This document shows, one piece after another, positions 26,105 to 37,327 of a stretch of 64,000 nt of DNA. Each line of letters begins with the position of its first letter. Positions within the stretch are counted from its first letter, which is position 1. Location of the stretch: positions 185,690,001-185,754,000 of the forward strand of contig NC_042997.1 of assembly GCF_006345805.1 (NCBI RefSeq), written 5' to 3'. Source of the DNA: Octopus sinensis (Eukaryota). The notes beneath the pieces were generated by a model. The model was not told the origin of the DNA. It saw only the letters and a program-made list of their open reading frames with translations, and made no database searches. The position numbers were made by a program, and so were the translations under genes.

Positions 26105-26305
26105 ACTTAATTAAATTTTTGTTTCAAATTTTGGCAGAAGGCCTACGATTTCGGGGAAGCGTGTTAGTCTCTTACATCAATCACGGTGTTCAAATGATCC
26201 TTATTTTATCGACTCCGAAAGGGTGTGAGACAAAGTCGACTTCATTGGAATTTGAACTTAGAACGTAAAGATGGACTAAATACCGCCAAGCATTTTGTTC
26301 CACTT
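26105..26305 (-). mobile_element. Degenerate Meta-like SINE (tail M2)
   Basis: Contains ttttatcgactccgaaagg..aaagtcgac...aatttgaact.agaacgtaaag and tttcaaattttggcagaaggc. Confidence 0.6.
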
Positions 26306-26809
26306 CGCCTATGAACGTAGAAGTAACCGTGACGTTTCAAACTTCAGTTCTGTCTCAAAGACTTAGATATTTAAAAGTGATGAAATATAGACGGGAGTTC
26401 AGAACAGGTATGTTTGTGAAGGTAAGAAAATAAGTGAACGGGGGTTAAGGACGTATTGAAATGATGCGTTGAAAGCGAACTAAATACGTGTCAGATGTCG
26501 TACAATCTTTTATCCTCCATGCTTCAACAGCTCGTGTAACTTGTCCGGGTTCACGTACCCATGTGTGTGTGTTTGTGCTTGTGTTTGTGTTTGTACTTGT
26601 GTGTCTTTATGTGTGTGCATGTGTGTGCTTGCGTGTTTTTTCTAAGAAAATGTCTAAAAGAAAAGGCTTTTTTCGAATTCACCGTCTTAGTATTGCCAAT
26701 CAGTATTGCTTCTCAGAATATTTTATTTTAAGACGGCCTGCCATATTTGTCTGGCTACATATCTCCATGTTAATTGCACCAGTACAGATAGATAGATAGA
26801 TAGATATAT

Positions 26810-26898
<89 letters not shown>

Positions 26899-27010
26899 GT
26901 AGATACACACACAAGTGTATATGTATATATATATATATATAAATAATATATATATAGGGAGATGTACTCGCATAGCAAGTGCTTTATATATATAAAATAA
27001 ACATATATAT

Positions 27011-27405
27011 AAAATAAACATGGGACAAGAACACAAAACATCCGGACAGGTAGGTGATACAAAAAGGAACAACAAAACATCCATATAGATGATGCATAAC
27101 AACAAGGACGGGTCATTCGAAGTTTTCTTTCCTCAGTCAAGTACCAGAATATCTTCGCAATTTCGGCTGATTATACTTGAGATTGCTCCAATATGGCCAA
27201 GGAAAAACTAAGCTAACAACATTAGATTCATTGGAAGAAAGCAGCGAATGTATACAAAAACAAGGACGGAAAAAATGGACAATGTTACACAAATACAATA
27301 AAAATAATAACAGGTCATAACAACAGGTGTCTTTCGACTAAGGACGACGAATTAAATTAAGCTGGCGTATGTGGAAATGAAGCCTTACGGCAGGGATACA
27401 AGATT
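27011..27405. mobile_element. Unclassified interspersed repeat (second copy at 54727-54907)
   Basis: Shares aaggacgggtcattcgaag...cagtcaag...tcgcaatttcggctgatt...cttgagattgctc with 54727-54907. Confidence 0.7.
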
Positions 27406-28263
27406 TCACAAACACAGGGAGGAATATCGATGTTGCATGGACAACGGCCAGACTAAGAAAGAAAGAACAGGCTTGGTCAAACGCCGGTCACGTGAGAAGA
27501 GAAGAGAGAAGTAGAAGCAGAGGTCATATACATACGCATGCGCAGGCATACACACACACGCACATACACTTACATGTATATACAAATCCACTGTATTAAG
27601 CTTTCTCATACAAACAGTCCATGAATTCCTATATGAAACAGCGAATATCTTTTTTCTGAACCTTAGGACCCTAGGTTTCAAACGAAAACAGTTAACTTGT
27701 TATTTACGATGGCGTAAGTTACTTCAGCTAACGCCAAATATCATAAAACACACACACATGCACACACTGAGAAACGCACACACATATGGTTCGTAAGTGT
27801 ATTAAAGGAAAATCTAAGAATATCTCCATCAATGACGTCGATACATTTACAATTGATTAGGAAGTGTGAATGGAGAATAGAAGAAAGCGAAAGGAATAAA
27901 CAGATTGATTAAGAGTGGCATGTGTGTGTGTATGTGTGTGCGTGTGCGTGCGTGCGTGCGTGCGCAGCAAGTGTGTGTGATACTTAACTTTGCATTTGTA
28001 TGTGCGTGTATATGTATATATGTATGTATGTATAATAGAAATATTAAAATAACTAAGTCTCTCTAAAAGAGAACAGCGGCAGCGTTCCCGGAAAATAATA
28101 GTTATCGCCATACTAATATGGCATTCTTATAAAAATAAGAAAAAAGCTGTCCGCTTATTAGCTCCATGAGGCCATCGCCTTAAGTTAGCTATTTGATACA
28201 CAAACTGTATCCATATAACCTTCGAACAAGGGAGGTCAGTCGCTCCACACTACTTGACCGGCA

Positions 28264-28305
28264 GCTACAGACGCGTTTCGGGGTATTGCCCCTTTTCAAT
28301 GCAGC
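28264..28305 (-). ncRNA. Type I hammerhead ribozyme, array unit 1
   Basis: GCUGCA-UUGAAAA-GGGG caaua CCCC-GAAA-CGCG-UC^-UGUAGC. Confidence 0.8.
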
Positions 28306-28623
28306 GTAGCCAGCCAGTAGGTGTCGCTTCCGACAATCTCTGTTCGATGATTTTATTTACCTAGTTTCGGTGGAATACATCCACTTGTTTTCAATAATAG
28401 AAAATATAAAATAACTAAGTCTCTCTAAAAGAGAACAGCGGCAGCGTTCCCGGAAAATAATAGTTATCGCCATACTAATATGGCATTCTTAAAAATAAGA
28501 AAAAAGCTGTCCGCTTATTAGCTCCATGAGGCCATCGCCTTAAGTTAGCTATTTGATACACAAACTGTATCCATATAACCTTCGAACAAGGGAGGTCAGT
28601 CGCTCCACACTACTTGACCGGCA

Positions 28624-28665
28624 GCTACAGACGCGTTTCGGGGTATTGCCCCTTTTCAATGCAGC
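28624..28665 (-). ncRNA. Type I hammerhead ribozyme, array unit 2
   Basis: Identical motif. Confidence 0.8.
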
Positions 28666-28984
28666 GTAGCCAGCCAGTAGGTGTCGCTTCCGACAATCTC
28701 TGTTCGATGATTTTATTTACCTAGTTCGGTGGAATACATCCACTTGTTTTCAATAATAGAAATATTAAAATAACTAAGTCTCTCTAAAAGAGAACAGCGG
28801 CAGCGTTCCCGGAAAATAATAGTTATCGCCATACTAATATGGCATTCTTATAAAAATAAGAAAAAAGCTGTCCGCTTATTAGCTCCATGAGGCCATCGCC
28901 TTAAGTTAGCTATTTGATACACAAACTGTATCCATATAACCTTCGAACAAGGGAGGTCAGTCGCTCCACACTACTTGACCGGCA

Positions 28985-29026
28985 GCTACAGACGCGTTTC
29001 GGGGTATTGCCCCTTTTCAATGCAGC
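28985..29026 (-). ncRNA. Type I hammerhead ribozyme, array unit 3
   Basis: Identical motif. Confidence 0.8.
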
Positions 29027-29343
29027 GTAGCCAGCCAGTAGGTTGTGCTTCCGACAATCTCTGTTCGATGCTTTTATTTACCTAGTTTCGGTGGAATACA
29101 TCCACTTGTTTTCAATAATAGAAATATTAAAATAACTAAGTCTCTCTAAAAGAGAACAGCGGCAGCGTTACCGGAAAATAATAGTTATCGCCATACTAAT
29201 ATGGCATTCTTTAAAAATAAGAAAAAAGCTGTCCGCTTATTAGCTCCATGAGGCCATCGCCTTAAGTTAGCTATTTGATACACAAACTGTATCCATAACC
29301 TTCGAACAAGGGAGGTCAGTCGCTCCACACTACTTGACCGGCA

Positions 29344-29385
29344 GCTACAGACGCGTTTCGGGGTATTGCCCCTTTTCAATGCAGC
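29344..29385 (-). ncRNA. Type I hammerhead ribozyme, array unit 4
   Basis: Identical motif. Confidence 0.8.
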
Positions 29386-29600
29386 GTAGCCAGCCAGTAG
29401 GTGTCGCTTCCGACAATCTCTGTTCGATGCTTTTATTTACCTAGTTTCGGTGGAATACATCCACTTGTTTTCAATAATAGAAATATTAAAATAACTAAGT
29501 CTCTCTAAAAGAGAAAGCGGCAGCGTTCCCGGAAAATAATAGTTATCGCCATACTAATATGGCATTCTTATAAAAATAAGAAAAAAGCTGTCCGCTTATA

Positions 29601-29640
29601 GCTGCATTGAAAAGGCAATACCCCGAAACGCGTCTGTAGC
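29601..29640 (+). ncRNA. Hammerhead motif at inversion junction (two stem-II G's missing)
   Basis: gctgcattgaaaaggcaataccccgaaacgcgtctgtagc; the missing G's are probably a homopolymer error or a deletion. Confidence 0.6.
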
Positions 29641-29956
29641 TGCCGTCAAGTAGTGTGGAGCGACTGACCTCCTTGTTCGAAGGTTATATGGATACAGTTT
29701 GTGTATCAAATAGCTAACTTAAGGCGATGGCCTCATGGAGCTAATAAGCGGACGCTTTTTTCTTATTTTTATAAGAATGCCATATTAGTATGGCGATAAC
29801 TATTATTTTCCGGGAACGCTGCCGCTGTTCTCTTTTAGAGAGACTTAGTTATTTTAATATTTCTATTATTGAAAACAATGGATGTATTCCACCGAAACTA
29901 GGTAAATAAAATCATCGAACAGAGATTGTCGGAAGCGACACCTACTGGCTGGCTAC

Positions 29957-29998
29957 GCTGCATTGAAAAGGGGCAATACCCCGAAACGCGTCTGTAGC
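29957..29998 (+). ncRNA. Type I hammerhead ribozyme, inverted arm
   Basis: Intact motif; predicted cleavage 3' of C29992. Confidence 0.8.
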
Positions 29999-30314
29999 TG
30001 CCGGTCAAGTAGTGTGGAGCGACTGACCTCCTGTTCGAAGGTTATATGGATACAGTTTGTGTATCAAATAGCTAACTTAAGGCGATGGCCTCATGGAGCT
30101 AATAAGCGGACAGCTTTTTTCTTATTTTTATAAGATGCCATATTAGTATGGCGATAACTATTATTTTCCGGGAACGCTGCCGCTGTTCTCTTTTAGAGAG
30201 ACTTAGTTATTTAATATTTCTATTATTGAAAACAAGTGGATGTATTCCACCGAAACTAGGTAAATAAAATCATCGAACAGAGATTGTCGGAAGCGACACC
30301 TACTGGCTGGCTAC

Positions 30315-30356
30315 GCTGCATTGAAAAGGGGCAATACCCCGAAACGCGTCTGTAGC
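30315..30356 (+). ncRNA. Type I hammerhead ribozyme, inverted arm
   Basis: Intact motif; predicted cleavage 3' of C30350. Confidence 0.8.
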
Positions 30357-30530
30357 TGCGGTCAAGTAGTGTGTGGACGACTGACCTCCCTGTTCGAAGG
30401 TTATATGGATACAGCTTGTGTATCAAATAGCTAACTTAAGGCGATGGCCTCATGGAGCTAATAAGCGGACAGCTTTTTTCTTATTTTTATAAGAATGCCA
30501 TATTAGTATGGCGATAACTATTATTTTATG

Positions 30531-30580
<50 letters not shown>

Positions 30581-31099
30581 GTGTGTGTGTATATATGTAT
30601 GTATCTATTTGTATATACATATGTATATATAGAGAGAGAGAGAAAAAGAAAGATACATAGATAGGTAGATGTATATCTATACGTATGTATATATATATCC
30701 GCATACTTACATACATACATATACATACACTCACGCACATACACAATACATACGAACTTGTACATTTTTTTTTCATACGGGCGTGGGAATGGTCGTCTGC
30801 GAGTAGATTGGCAATTTGTACTTTTTTAATCGTTAGTAAAATTTTTGACTCAAAGTGGTTCTCTCATCTTTTCTCCAATTTTTCATAATTTCATATTTTA
30901 GGTGGAATAATTAGTTTAGCTTTCGTGTAACCCGTAGCTTTCGTCTTATGAAATAAATGTGCTTATTTCTTTTGGGTTTTTTTTTGTGTGTATGAGTGCG
31001 TATATGTGTATAAATCTAAATGTATATCTATATACATATTTACTCATGTATACATTGATATATATATATATATATATATATAAATGTATACATGAGTAA

Positions 31100-31141
<42 letters not shown>

Positions 31142-31579
31142 TATACATTTATATATATATATACACGCACTGACATATACACACGCACCACACATATATC
31201 TGTTATAAAGTGCACGTGTACTTATGTAAATAGCTATTCATGAAGAGTCATACATTACCGAGGTAACGGTTTCACACGAAAGAAATTTTCACTCTGTCCT
31301 CCATCATTAAAATCTCATTAAAGTGAAAACTAACTGAAATGAGGGATATTTGAACCAGTTTATCCTGAGTCCAAATTAAAGCAGCTTTACTATGATTAAG
31401 GAAAGGATATTAGAGACGTTTTGGCACGGTTCACGTAACAGGGTTTTAAACCTAATAAAACGAGAAACGGTTATTAGCAACAGCAGCTTAATCTCCTTCA
31501 CTGCTTGCATTATTGTAAAAGGTGTGATAGAACGGGTAATGTCGTCCAACACACATCATGTCCAAAACAAAATAGTAAA

Positions 31580-31960
31580 TTTTGGTAATGAGGTCAAGAG
31601 AAATGAGATTGCTCCGAGGGATTTCTGGAGTAACGTTACTCAACAAGGTTCGTAACTGGAAAATCAAGGTGTCTCTCCAGGTCGATCCGCTACGTCTTTC
31701 CATTGAGAAATCACAGCCCCGCCACAGACAAGGAGATAGAATCTCGCAGGGAAGAATTTTAGGACAGTTTCTCCAAGCTCAGTGAACTAGTAGGAGACCT
31801 AAAGATAGATTAACAACGAGATGATTGAAGAATAATATCTATAATCTCATCAGTTGATCAGGTTTGGGATTCCATCTGGAGAGTATAATGACAGCTGCTT
31901 CTGATGAAATCCTATTGGAAGATACCTGAGGACTTTATACCCAACAACCCTTCTTAGAAT
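31580..31960 (+). mobile_element. Decayed RTE-clade LINE 3' fragment
   Basis: REMRLLRGISGVTLLNKVRNWKIKVSLQVDPLRLSIEKSQ matches the RTE RT C-terminal motif EMRFLR.I.GVT..DK.RN..IR..L.VEPL...IE.SQ. The (GATG)/(GTAT) tail follows. Confidence 0.7.
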
Positions 31961-32408
31961 ACTGGGCGGAGATGATGTATGTATGTATGTATGTATTTTT
32001 GTATGTATGTATGTATGTATGGATGGTTGGATGGATGCATGGATGCATGGATGGATGGATGGATGGATGGATGGATGGATGCATGGATGCATGGATGGAT
32101 GGATGGATAGTAAATCGAAGACGAATGAAATAATCGAGGATTGAATGTCTTGATTATTGGTCTTCTCATCACAACAAACCTGGGACTAAAAACTTCCATC
32201 ACCACCATCACCACCAGCACCACCAGCACCGACACCAGCACCGGCACCACCACCACCACCACCATCACCACCACCACCACCACCACCACCGCCGCCGCCA
32301 CCGCAATTGCCACTAGTGCAACCTCTGCCAGCAACCACAAATTGTACACAAAGAAAAACGTGCTAGACGTATCATATAATTCGAGTATATCGGCTGTCGT
32401 TGTGGATG

Positions 32409-32643
32409 TTACTCTTTTACTCGTTTACTTGTTTCAGCCATTTGACTGTGGCCATGCTGGAGCACCGCCTTCAGTCGAGCAAATCGACCATAGGAGTTGT
32501 TCTTTATAAACCTAGTACTTATTCTATCAGTCTCTTTTGCCGAACCACTAAGTTACGGGGACATAAACACATCAGCATCGGTTGTCAAGCGATGTTGGGG
32601 GGACAAACACAGACACAAAAACATACACACACACACACACGCA

Positions 32644-32713
<70 letters not shown>

Positions 32714-32862
32714 CATATATACGACGGGCTTCTTTCGCACAAGGATTTGGTCGGCCCGAGGCTATAGGAGAAGACACTTGCCCAAGGTAACATGCAGTGG
32801 GACTGTACCCGGAACCATGTGGTTTGTAAGCAAACTAATTATCACACAGCCACTCCTACGCC
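32409..32862 (-). mobile_element. Full-length CORE-type SINE
   Basis: Runs from the head ggcgtaggagtggctgtgtg through the CORE-like segment and internal (CA)n to the 3' hairpin and aaaagagt tail. Confidence 0.9.
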
Positions 32863-32887
32863 TATAAATAGCAGGCCAGATACCGGA

Positions 32888-32961
32888 TGCCGAAACCCGG
32901 GAATGAACCAGGGACCTTTTAGATCATCAGTCTAACGCTCTTCCAACAGAGCTATTTCGGC
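32888..32961 (-). pseudogene. tRNA-Phe-derived pseudogene with anticodon changed GAA->GAT
   Basis: GCCGAAATAGCTCTGTTGGAAGAGCGTTAGACTGATGATCTAAAAGGTCCCTGGTTCATTCCCGGGTTTCGGCA versus the canonical metazoan tRNA-Phe. It has A14T, an altered B-box (GTTCATTCC), an extra A in the variable loop, and no adjacent T-run terminator. Confidence 0.85.
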
Positions 32962-33611
32962 TGGCGAAATGAAACTTTGGATGAAACATTATTTTACATT
33001 GAAACAGGTATTAACCGCATTATAACGATTATAATCATGTTTTCGTTAGATACCAAATTATTATTGGTATTTATGCAAGAGAAACGTTAAAAAGTTAGGT
33101 ATTTACATGCATTCAGGTAATGAAAACAATGTGAACATGCAAACAAGCATTTTTAATTATATCTGAATGAAATGCTGTTGGTCAACGAAGTGAGAAGAAT
33201 TACTAGTGTGCGTTCACCATTTTGATAGATGAATAACATTTTACACATTTGAACATTAACTAAAAATCAGTAAAATTCACTGGTTGTATACATTTGAAAG
33301 CATGTATGTATGTATGTATGTATGTATGTATGTATGTATGTATGTATGTATGTATGTATGTATTTATGTATGTATGTATATATATGTTTGTATACATGCA
33401 CAGACACATATGCATACGCACACACACTCATACACACACACAGACACATATGGGAAAAGATTTTTCTGCATTGAAGAATTATTAATTATATTAAAATATC
33501 TTTAAAAAATTGAATTAATTCAGACTCGATCGGAAGAAGTGATCTATGCTAATACGGTTATTTTTTTTAAATAATTTATAACAATAATAATAATAATATA
33601 ATAATAATAAT

Positions 33612-34153
33612 ATGCCCTGATGAAGTACCAGGCAGGGCTCTCATGGCTTTGCTCTTAACGATGGGAAGTGTTATCATGTACATTGTTTTGTCTTGGTATA
33701 AAGATGGGCTACAGCAAATTGCTCAATACCACAGATTTGTTGAAGTTGTTTGACCTTAACCAGTTGAGCATGTCCTTAGTGGCTGACGATATGTGCATCT
33801 CTGATCACGAGCTAAGAAGTAGTGGGGGAGCATCATAGCCATGTGTTGAGAGATCTTTGGGGTTTGAATAGTTACCTCTGGAAACATGGGTGGTTCTTTC
33901 AACATCCTTAACAACCCTTATTCAGGGACCGTTTGAGCGTGATGGGCTACTCAACTGAAGAAAATTCTAACTGGCCCCACCTGCAAGGTCATGTGCTGTT
34001 TATCTGATATTGAGATTCACCATGTCCGCGCACATATGGTTGTGATGCATGTGCCTGTGTGTACCTTTATCAGACGGGTAGATGATGGGTATATTGGGCT
34101 TTCGTATATTTTACCCCAGTGTCACTTTGATGGCATGAACTGCTCTCTCACTC
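33612..34153 (+). mobile_element. (TAA)n-inserted non-coding element, full length
   Basis: Runs from atgccctgatg to ctctctcactc with (AAT)n on both sides. Many small indels. Confidence 0.88.
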
Positions 34154-34181
34154 AATAATAATAATAATAATAATAATAATT

Positions 34182-34213
<32 letters not shown>

Positions 34214-34363
34214 AATGATAATTTTTAATTAATTAGTAATATTTAATTAACGAAATCTTTTTCACATATAGTGACTGTCAGGAACTGGAATTACTTTTTA
34301 AAAATACATATACTTGTGCGTGCGTGTCTGTGTCTATGGTGATGTATAGACGCATAAACATGC

Positions 34364-34402
<39 letters not shown>

Positions 34403-34430
34403 ATCTATCTATCTACTATCTATCTATCTA

Positions 34431-34476
<46 letters not shown>

Positions 34477-34501
34477 ATATATATATATATATATATATAG
34501 A

Positions 34502-34540
<39 letters not shown>

Positions 34541-34806
34541 CATACAAACAATGTAGGTGAGCAAATATGTGAACACGTTTCTTCTGTTCTACGATGAGAA
34601 ATGTCAAACCCAAATCCTTCCTCATTTGAGACCATACATCAACTCTATATAAAGTAGTCATAAGTTTGGCTATCACCGTAGGATATATTACCGTAATTTG
34701 TACATTTTTGCTTTTACCGGTTCATCCTTAAATGCTCTTTTTCATGCGTAATGTAGCGTACGTAAAGTATAGCTAAATATATACGTATTTCATTGGCACA
34801 CACACA

Positions 34807-34866
<60 letters not shown>

Positions 34867-36072
34867 TATATTTATATCCACAAGGATAATTTTATAACTT
34901 CGTTAGACCGAAGAATAAAAACAGGACTGCAGCTGGAATTTTTAGTTGCTTTTATAATACATTAATTTAATCCATATAGTTTTCTCCATTCGACTTCACT
35001 CGTATTACCCTTTGAGATTTTATCGCCTTTTATTCGTATATATAAGTATATTTTATACTATTGGGCTTTACCATTGGGTGCCCTGATGTTTTAATGTATA
35101 TTTATATTCGAGTTATGATAATATGGGAATATTATAAAGCTTTATTTGGCCAATTAGACTGTTATATACATATATACATATATATAGAATAAAATCGGAG
35201 ATTCAGTTAAAAATTTATTTATTATAACCTCATAATTTACACAATCTTTATACATTTTGCAGCATATTAATATGCCAGGCGATAAATATTACATGAACAA
35301 TTACATAATCACATTCTAACGCCAGATCATCAAAAGAAATCATCGTTCGTAATCATCGATTGACACTAACTTCGGTTTGTAGGTAAACTTTTTGTTTTTT
35401 TCTTATCTCATTTATTATACCCTTTCCGCTCCCTTGTCTCTCCTAGGATTCTCATAGTATCTGACAAAGCACTATATCCGAAGCGTTATACTTTTTACTC
35501 TAACTTTTCCCCTTCTTTAAGCGTCATCCTAATAATGGCAAATGTAAACCTCCTTTGGACTTTTGTTTTTCTTTTATATTTTAATCTTTATTTGATTTGC
35601 AGGTTAAAAAAATATAACTATTAATAAAAAAAAATGTAAAAATAGTACAACCCGGGTTCCTTTCAAATTTGAAACAATTGCACAATATCAAACATTAGTA
35701 AAACCGTTTTATCCAGAGAGTTGGACTTAAAATTGACGTTACAGCTAAATTTCGAACATGATCATTCCAAAGAGAACGGGAAGCATTAATAATATAAAAC
35801 AATACGAAAAAATGATGTTGAGAATTTAATACTACTCTAATAATACTACTCTAATAACCAACGCTATTGAGCTTAAGAAATTTTGTAAAACGATTTAGCT
35901 GATAAGCGTTGAAACTTTCAGCGATTTAGTAACACAGCTCATGTTTGTAAAGAAGGATTATCATTTAGAGACTTAAGAGAATTATCGGTGTACCAACACT
36001 AGTTGCAGTATCCAACATACTAAAAATAGTTCCTGAAAAAATCTCTACCTTTACTATTATTGTTGTATAACC

Positions 36073-36310
36073 CAGTACTCCGCAACCGGTATGCCGCGGC
36101 ATACTGGTGTGCCGCAAGAAGCTGCTAGGTGTGCCGCGGTGTAACCTGAATATAATTTTCCCCTATACTTTTAGTTCAGGAGTTACGCCAAATTTTGAAG
36201 AAAATATAAGTGTATCGCAAGCGAAAAAAGTAACAGAGGGTTACACTATAACCAGATTCTTTCATTTAATTGTATTAGCGGGACCCGTGAATATTTCACG
36301 GAATTAATGG
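36073..36310 (+). mobile_element. hAT (Charlie/Buster-like) remnant
   Basis: The start CAGTACTCCGCAACCGGTATGCCGCGGCATACTGGTGTGCCGC resembles hAT-Charlie termini and subterminal repeats. SGVTPNFEENISVSQAK resembles the Buster transposase C-terminus. Confidence 0.5.
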
Positions 36311-36599
36311 TAAATTTATTGAGTTATTTATGAAAACATTATCCCAAAAACCTGAAAGCATAGACTGTGTTTTGTCTGAATCAAAAGATAGTCGCTCATC
36401 TGTTACTCATTCAAAAGTGGAGGAAATTGGAATATGATGGTTACTTAATGTACTTTAGATACACGCTTTATAAACTTTATGCACAATTTCATAGATTTAA
36501 TACAGAACACTATCCCTTTTTTCTTTCTCACTCTTCGCATTATCCTCTTTCTCTCACTTTTTTCTTTCTCTCACTTTTTTCTTTCCCTCGTCGCCTTTC

Positions 36600-36795
36600 A
36601 CTTCAACTAATCACGCAAAAGAGGTACAGGCGGTCTAAGTAATGGACGACCGCTCGGTTCAAAGTCTCTCTTGACCAGAAATGGCCTGAACTCTTTGTTT
36701 GACTACCCTCCCTGCACATAACTCCCAGTCCCTCTACATGGCCTTGCTTTTGTTTTTTGAGCCAATAAAAATTAAATTGAATTGAATTGAATTGG
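36600..36795 (+). mobile_element. Probable LINE 3' UTR with AATAAA and (AATTG)n tail
   Basis: Ends gagccaataaaaattaaattgaattgaattgaattg. No decisive coding motif. Confidence 0.35.
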
Positions 36796-37229
36796 ACGTA
36801 AAAAAAAACTTAGTAAAAAAAACTACATATTTCACTCACCCCCTATCCTCCTCGCAAATTCCCTTCCCTACTCGCACATCCCGTTCCCCCTTCAACGAAG
36901 TGACAATCAGAATTATTATAAGATTCTCTGATCGTTCTAAAGATAGTTTAGATTGATTTACAAACACTGTAAAGCACATCTATTACAAATATCTAATGAG
37001 AAACGCGACTGAAATTTTCGCTGTGTCACAAACAAGTATCATTACAATATATACTCTATAGCTATATGTGCGAAGCCGAGGACTGATTCCTTCACAGGAA
37101 CAAAGGTTTCTCCCTATGTATATTAATTCAGACAATGGAGTAATTAATTTCTTTCGTTGCCTTCCATATCATGTACAGAAGGAAACTCAGAGTAGCAATG
37201 AAATAAATTATCAAATTATATATGTGTTT

Positions 37230-37289
<60 letters not shown>

Positions 37290-37327
37290 TTATATGCGTG
37301 TATGCGTGTTTGTAATGTATACATATA

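Larger units (their letters stand above)
28035..30527. repeat. ~360-bp hammerhead-containing tandem array (retrozyme / Penelope pLTR-like) with internal head-to-head inversion
   Basis: About 4.3 units in one orientation (28035-29600) and about 2.6 inverted units (29601-30527). ATGTATGTATA is a direct repeat at 28024-28034 and 30528-30538. Confidence 0.92.

Noticed and set aside
26348-26407. 60-nt phase 1-1 candidate exon with CAG|GTATGT donor (similar candidate at 9737-9796)
   Set aside because: The peptide is unrecognisable, and joining the candidates gives no coherent protein.
27100-27190. Hammerhead in the 27011/54727 family (ctgaaga...cgaat; ctcaaga...gaaattgcga)
   Set aside because: Core positions and stems I/III do not fit.
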